A stretch of 64,000 bases of DNA from Planctomycetota bacterium (GTDB taxonomy: Bacteria > Planctomycetota > GCA-002687715 > CAIWVZ01). The notes beneath the pieces are model-generated. The model worked only from the letters and a program-made list of their open reading frames with translations. It did not search any database and had not been told where the DNA came from. Shown here piece by piece: positions 59,756-64,000 of the stretch; positions within the stretch are counted from its first letter, which is position 1, and the number at the start of each line of letters is the position of its first letter. The position numbers were made by a program, and so were the translations under genes. The DNA is taken from contig JBGANV010000001.1 in the NCBI GenBank assembly GCA_044222185.1, forward strand, positions 2,112,001 to 2,176,000, written 5' to 3'.

Positions 59756-61045
59756 TCACTGGGCGATGAGGTCGATGACGCTCTGCAGGGCGAGAGCGTC
59801 GACGAATCCGCCGTTTCCGCCCGTCATCCGCGCCGATCCGGTGACGGTGCGGTTGCGGGCCACCGCCGGTGACGCGAGCGCTGATGCGACTTCCGCCGCA
59901 TCCGGCGACCGCTCGCGGAAGCGATCGATCAGGCGCAGCACGTCGGGTGCGACGGAGCGCTTCGAACGGCCCAGGAGGCCGAGCGCGAGCATTGCGTAGG
60001 CCGGGTCGCCGGTGTCGCTCTCGAAGTTGCGATCGATGAGGTCCAGGCTGCGTGGGTCGGCGCGGCCCGCGAGCGAGATGAGGCTCATCACTCGCGTCGT
60101 GGCGTCACGCCCGTCCCGCGCCGCATCGGACAACGCTGGACCGATGGGGTCGTCGGGCTCCGGTGCCACGAGCCAGGCCGAACCCGCGACGCCGCGCCCC
60201 GCGCCTTTCGGGTCCGTCGCGAGGAGCGCTGCGAACGTCTGGCGCCCGTCGCGGAGCCCGCCGATCACTCGCCCCATGCCCACGGCCGCCGCCTCTCGCG
60301 CCGCGGTGCCTCCGCGCCCGTCGCGCAGATAGCGGAGGAAGAGCGGTGCATCGCGATCCTGCGTGGACAGGCCGAGCGAAAGGAGGAGTGCCGCTTCCAC
60401 GGCATCCTCCCGCGCGGTTCCGTCGGTGAGCGCTCCGCGAACCGCGCCAGCAGCCGTCGCGTGCGTGACGAGACCGAGACCGAGCGACGCCGCGATGCGC
60501 TTTTGGATCGTGATCGGCGATTCGGCGGTGACCTTCCGCCCCGCGATGTCGTCCGCGACGACCGATTCGAGGATCGCGACCACGGATGGCTGGTTCGTCA
60601 TGCCGAGCGCGACGATGGCCGCCGCCCCGTGCTCGCCGGGAAGTGCCACGCGCGGAAGGAGGTCCCCGGCCGTCATGCCGGCTTCCACGTCGTTCGCACA
60701 CGCGATGGCGAACGACTCGGCGCTCATGCCGAGCCAGGTTGCGCGCATGGCGATCGCGCTGAAGCGGGAGTCTAGCCGGGGCGCAAGCGTGCGCGACCTG
60801 ACCGGTTCACGAAGGTCGATCAGGCGACGGTTGCGCCTCCACCACGTCTTCCACGAAGTGGTGGCTGGACGCTGCACCACCGTGGGCCGATCTTCGGGGC
60901 TGTTGCGCATCGACGCCGGCGTCGACAACGCGACCGACGAGGCGACCATCGCTTGAAGCGCGCCCGCATCCTGCGCCGAAGCGCACCAGGCGAGCGCCAG
61001 GGCGGCAAACGAAGCTCTGAGGATTTGTGGTCCCAATCCGGGCAT
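59756..61045 (-). CDS. Secreted HEAT-repeat-like protein
   Basis: Signal peptide ending ASAQ; WKTWWRRN motif; repeated AAxALG helices. Confidence 0.72.
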   Translation of the reverse strand: MPGLGPQILRASFAALALAWCASAQDAGALQAMVASSVALSTPASMRNSPEDRPTVVQRPATTSWKTWWRRNRRLIDLREPVRSRTLAPRLDSRFSAIAMRATWLGMSAESFAIACANDVEAGMTAGDLLPRVALPGEHGAAAIVALGMTNQPSVVAILESVVADDIAGRKVTAESPITIQKRIAASLGLGLVTHATAAGAVRGALTDGTAREDAVEAALLLSLGLSTQDRDAPLFLRYLRDGRGGTAAREAAAVGMGRVIGGLRDGRQTFAALLATDPKGAGRGVAGSAWLVAPEPDDPIGPALSDAARDGRDATTRVMSLISLAGRADPRSLDLIDRNFESDTGDPAYAMLALGLLGRSKRSVAPDVLRLIDRFRERSPDAAEVASALASPAVARNRTVTGSARMTGGNGGFVDALALQSVIDLIAQ

Positions 61046-61274
61046 GCGGCCCCTCTACGGGAGCCTTTCGGTCGAGCGCGTCGGGCGCCAGCAGGGATTT
61101 CGTGCGCACATAGCTCGGAAGTATGGGAGCAACTGGCGGACCCAAGTATTCCCGGCGAGCGACGCCGTTGTTTCGCAGGCATTTGCGACGGGTTCGCCGT
61201 CACGGCGTCGTCCAGGCATCGCGTGTCCGCACGACGAGCGAGCACAAACGAACACCGGCGGGGACACCAGGCCC

Positions 61275-63344
61275 TCAGAGCAGGAACAGGACGTCGCGCA
61301 GCTCGGGCGTGTCTTCGTGGAAGAGGTTGCTCGCGCGCAGCCGCTGGAAGAGCGGGACGCCGTCGTGGTCGCAAAGAAGTCCGAGCGCGCAGGCGGCGGC
61401 AGCGCGTGCATCCGCAGGGACGTCGACGCGCGTCGCGATGTCCATCAGCGCGTGCGCGGCGTCGCGGTTGCCGATGAAGCCGAGCGCGAGCGAGCATGCA
61501 CCGCGGACGAAAGCAGAGCCGTCCTGGAGCGTCGCCACCAGCTCGGCGACCGCTGCGCCACGCATCCCGCAAGATCCGACTGCGAGCGCGGCCGCGTGGC
61601 GCAATCGCGGGTTGTGTTCGTCGTGGAGGAGGCGAACCAGGGCCCGGACGTCCGGGCACTCGCCGATCATCGCGATTCCTTCGAGGGCGTAGCTCCGAAG
61701 CTCGGGATCGGACCCGCTCTGCGCGAGCCGCAGCAGCTCGGCCGCCTTGCTCCGATCGTGGACGAGGCCGAACGCGATGCAGTGTGCGCCGCGCGCGTCG
61801 TTGCTCGACGCGGCGATGTAGGACGCCGAGAGAGCCTCCCGCGCGGCCGCAACCTCTTCGTCGGTCCGGGCGGAGAGCGCAAGCGCAATCGGCCCGAATC
61901 CCGTCAGCGCTCCCTTGCGACCGAGCTTTTCCCGGCATGCGGCGGCGGCGGTATCACCGCCGATACGCCCGAGCGCCACGAGAGCGAGGGCCCGTACGAC
62001 CTGGTCCTGGTGCGTGTCGACGAGCGAGATGAGCGCCTTCAGCACGCCGTCGTCCGTCGGTTTCGCGGTGATCCCGAGGGCGATGGTGGCGGCGCGCACG
62101 ATCTCGTGCGATCGCTCACCGAGCGCCCGAGCCAGGATCGATTGCACGGAGGCGCCGCCGTCGCGGATCCGGCCGAGTGCGATGGCACAGCTGGCGCGGA
62201 CGCGCGTCTCTTCGGCATCGTCCGCCAGGTGGCGGCACAGCGCCGGCACCACGGCACCGTCTCCGAGGATGCCGAGCGCCTGGGCGACGAAGACGCGGAT
62301 CGCGGGCGCCGCGTCACCATCCAGCGAACGCACGAGGATCGGTGCCGCCCGATGATCGCCCATGAATCCGAGCCCGAGTGCCGCGCCCTGCCGGACCCAT
62401 TCGGAAACAGGTGCATCGGAGGTCGTGGCCATGGCGCGACCGGCCCGCGTGTCTTCGAGGATGTCGGCGAGGATCTGCAGCCCCTCTGGCCTGCCGAGAA
62501 GCCCGATCGAGAGCGCAGCGGCGCGCGCCACGTTCAGGTCGTCATCGTGCAGCGCGGGGACGAGGTGCCCGAAGGCCTCCTTCTCGCCCGATTTCCCGAG
62601 CGCGATCGCTGCAGCCACGCGCGGGAGCGGGTTGCGGTCGCAACGCAGCACGCGACCGAGCGTGGGGACCGCGAGCCATCGGCGAAGGTCCGTGTCGACG
62701 ACCTCCTCGCCGTCGAGTCCGGCCGTGGTCCCGGTGCGGTGCCCGGCGTCGTCGAGCATCCTCCGCACGTTCATCAACTCGTACTTGTTGAAGTTCCACC
62801 ACGTGACCCAGTTCTCGATGCCGTCCGAATTTCGTTTCGTCTTGCCGGGAGCCGCGCCGCCAAGCCCGCGACCGCCGGCACTCGGGGCCGCGATCGCGGC
62901 GCCGCCGCGCGTGACGCCTCCGACGGAATTCGACGTTCCAGTGCCCGTTGGCGTCGGGTGGGTCGGCTTGGGCCCTGAGCCGTTTCCGCCGCCGGTGCGT
63001 CCGGGGTCGCCGCCACCCATGACACCGCCGTTGTTGCTGGCGCCGCCGCCGGAGGTGCCGGAACCCGGCTGACCGCCGCCCGCCGACGCCGAGTGGGTCG
63101 AATTCCCGCCGCCGTTTGCACCGCCGTAGGAGCCTCCCGTCGACGTCCCGTTCGAGCCGGATCCTGGGGGTTGTGTTGGCGAATACGACGGCGAGTCCGG
63201 ACAGATCTGGGCCGACGCCGTAGCGCCACTCGCGAGCGCGAGCACGGCGAGCGCCGCCCACGAGAGGGAGACCAGGTTCGTCGGTGCGAGGGCCCTGCGA
63301 CCGACGTTTCGAATTCGAATGATCCCGGCGAACGCACCCGACAT
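61275..63344 (-). CDS. Secreted HEAT-repeat protein with Gly/Ser/Thr-rich N-terminal linker
   Basis: Hydrophobic signal ending ASAQ; GGN/GGG low-complexity tract; WVTWWNFNK; many VRxAAAxALG HEAT repeats. Start uncertain. Confidence 0.85.
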   Translation of the reverse strand: MSGAFAGIIRIRNVGRRALAPTNLVSLSWAALAVLALASGATASAQICPDSPSYSPTQPPGSGSNGTSTGGSYGGANGGGNSTHSASAGGGQPGSGTSGGGASNNGGVMGGGDPGRTGGGNGSGPKPTHPTPTGTGTSNSVGGVTRGGAAIAAPSAGGRGLGGAAPGKTKRNSDGIENWVTWWNFNKYELMNVRRMLDDAGHRTGTTAGLDGEEVVDTDLRRWLAVPTLGRVLRCDRNPLPRVAAAIALGKSGEKEAFGHLVPALHDDDLNVARAAALSIGLLGRPEGLQILADILEDTRAGRAMATTSDAPVSEWVRQGAALGLGFMGDHRAAPILVRSLDGDAAPAIRVFVAQALGILGDGAVVPALCRHLADDAEETRVRASCAIALGRIRDGGASVQSILARALGERSHEIVRAATIALGITAKPTDDGVLKALISLVDTHQDQVVRALALVALGRIGGDTAAAACREKLGRKGALTGFGPIALALSARTDEEVAAAREALSASYIAASSNDARGAHCIAFGLVHDRSKAAELLRLAQSGSDPELRSYALEGIAMIGECPDVRALVRLLHDEHNPRLRHAAALAVGSCGMRGAAVAELVATLQDGSAFVRGACSLALGFIGNRDAAHALMDIATRVDVPADARAAAACALGLLCDHDGVPLFQRLRASNLFHEDTPELRDVLFLL

Positions 63345-63547
63345 CAGCGCATCTCGCAGCTGGGCGAGCCTCCGACTCGATCGGATCACGAACAGGCTGG
63401 AGTTCGTCACCCGAAGGATGCGGCGGAGTCTACAGAGATGAACCATGGCAGGTGAAGAGGTCTTTGGACCGACGGCCGTGTGGGCGCGCTCCCGGACCGG
63501 CCCCGGACCGTGGGAAGGATCGGCCTCAGCACGCAACATGCCGGATC

Positions 63548-64000
63548 ATGCCGACCCTCGACCTGCCGTTCGGGACGATCTTCTACCGGGAGAAGGGTTC
63601 GGGGCCCGCCCTCGTCATGCTGATGGGAACGGGCGCGGATCACACGAGTTGGGCCCGCCAGCTCCCCGCGCTGTCCGCTGCATTCCGGGTCGTGACGCCG
63701 GACAATCGCGGGTCAGGACGGAGCATTCCGCCGCCTCCACGCACGTTCGAGACGAGCGACTTCGCACGGGAAGCGATCCAGTTCCTCGATGGCATCGGCA
63801 TTCGGAGTTTCCACCTCAGCGGGTTCTCGTTCGGCTCGGCGGTGGCACTCGCGGTCGCCCTTGCGGCGCCGTCTCGCATCCTCGCACTGTCGGTTCATGC
63901 CGGCTGGGCGGGTCCCAATCCCATCACGACGCCTGCCCTCGAACGTTCCGTCGAGCGGATCGAGACGGAGGGCGTGCAGTCGTTCCTCCAAGCCGCGTGC
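63548..64000 (+). CDS. Alpha/beta hydrolase (partial, runs off the window)
   Basis: Translated by hand: MPTLDLPFGTIFYREKGSGPALVML...PDNRGSGRS...HLSGFSFGSAVA (GxSxG nucleophile elbow). Confidence 0.9.
   Translation, partial: MPTLDLPFGTIFYREKGSGPALVMLMGTGADHTSWARQLPALSAAFRVVTPDNRGSGRSIPPPPRTFETSDFAREAIQFLDGIGIRSFHLSGFSFGSAVALAVALAAPSRILALSVHAGWAGPNPITTPALERSVERIETEGVQSFLQAAC

Noticed and set aside
62940-63180. DNA repeat in the GCC-rich tract
   Set aside because: Explained by the Gly-rich linker of the HEAT protein.

Overview
High-GC chromosomal window. It probably comes from a Planctomycetota-like bacterium; this is inferred from the C-terminally extended ECF sigma factor, the DUF1800/DUF1501 pair and the secreted HEAT-repeat proteins, not demonstrated. 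About 39 credible CDSs and one tRNA-Ala(CGC); no transposase, integrase, phage or CRISPR is visible. Main blocks, left to right: (1) a secreted HEAT-repeat/cyclophilin-like protein with an EamA transporter; (2) a 1081-aa membrane-anchored ECF sigma factor and an orphan NarL-type regulator; (3) a DNRLRE/PKD-DUF1800 fusion followed by Tat-exported DUF1501; (4) a Rieske / b6-type cytochrome b / octaheme HAO-like cytochrome operon, with Usp, CBS and a second paralogous NarL regulator nearby; (5) an arabinoside-utilisation locus (araB, araD and a fucose-isomerase-family gene where araA would be; GH146; a GH127-CBM-GH51 fusion; an orphan YtfQ-like binding protein); (6) a PLP lyase coupled to a P-type ATPase; (7) a porin, a transglutaminase-like lipoprotein, purF, an apparently active/inactive pair of DUF3857-transglutaminase proteins and two secreted HEAT proteins. 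Two intergenic arrays of one REP/BIME-like palindrome family keep their stems despite sequence change. A leader upstream of the transglutaminase-porin genes resembles half of a TPP riboswitch. All calls come from motif recognition by eye; no searches were run, and several start codons are estimates.
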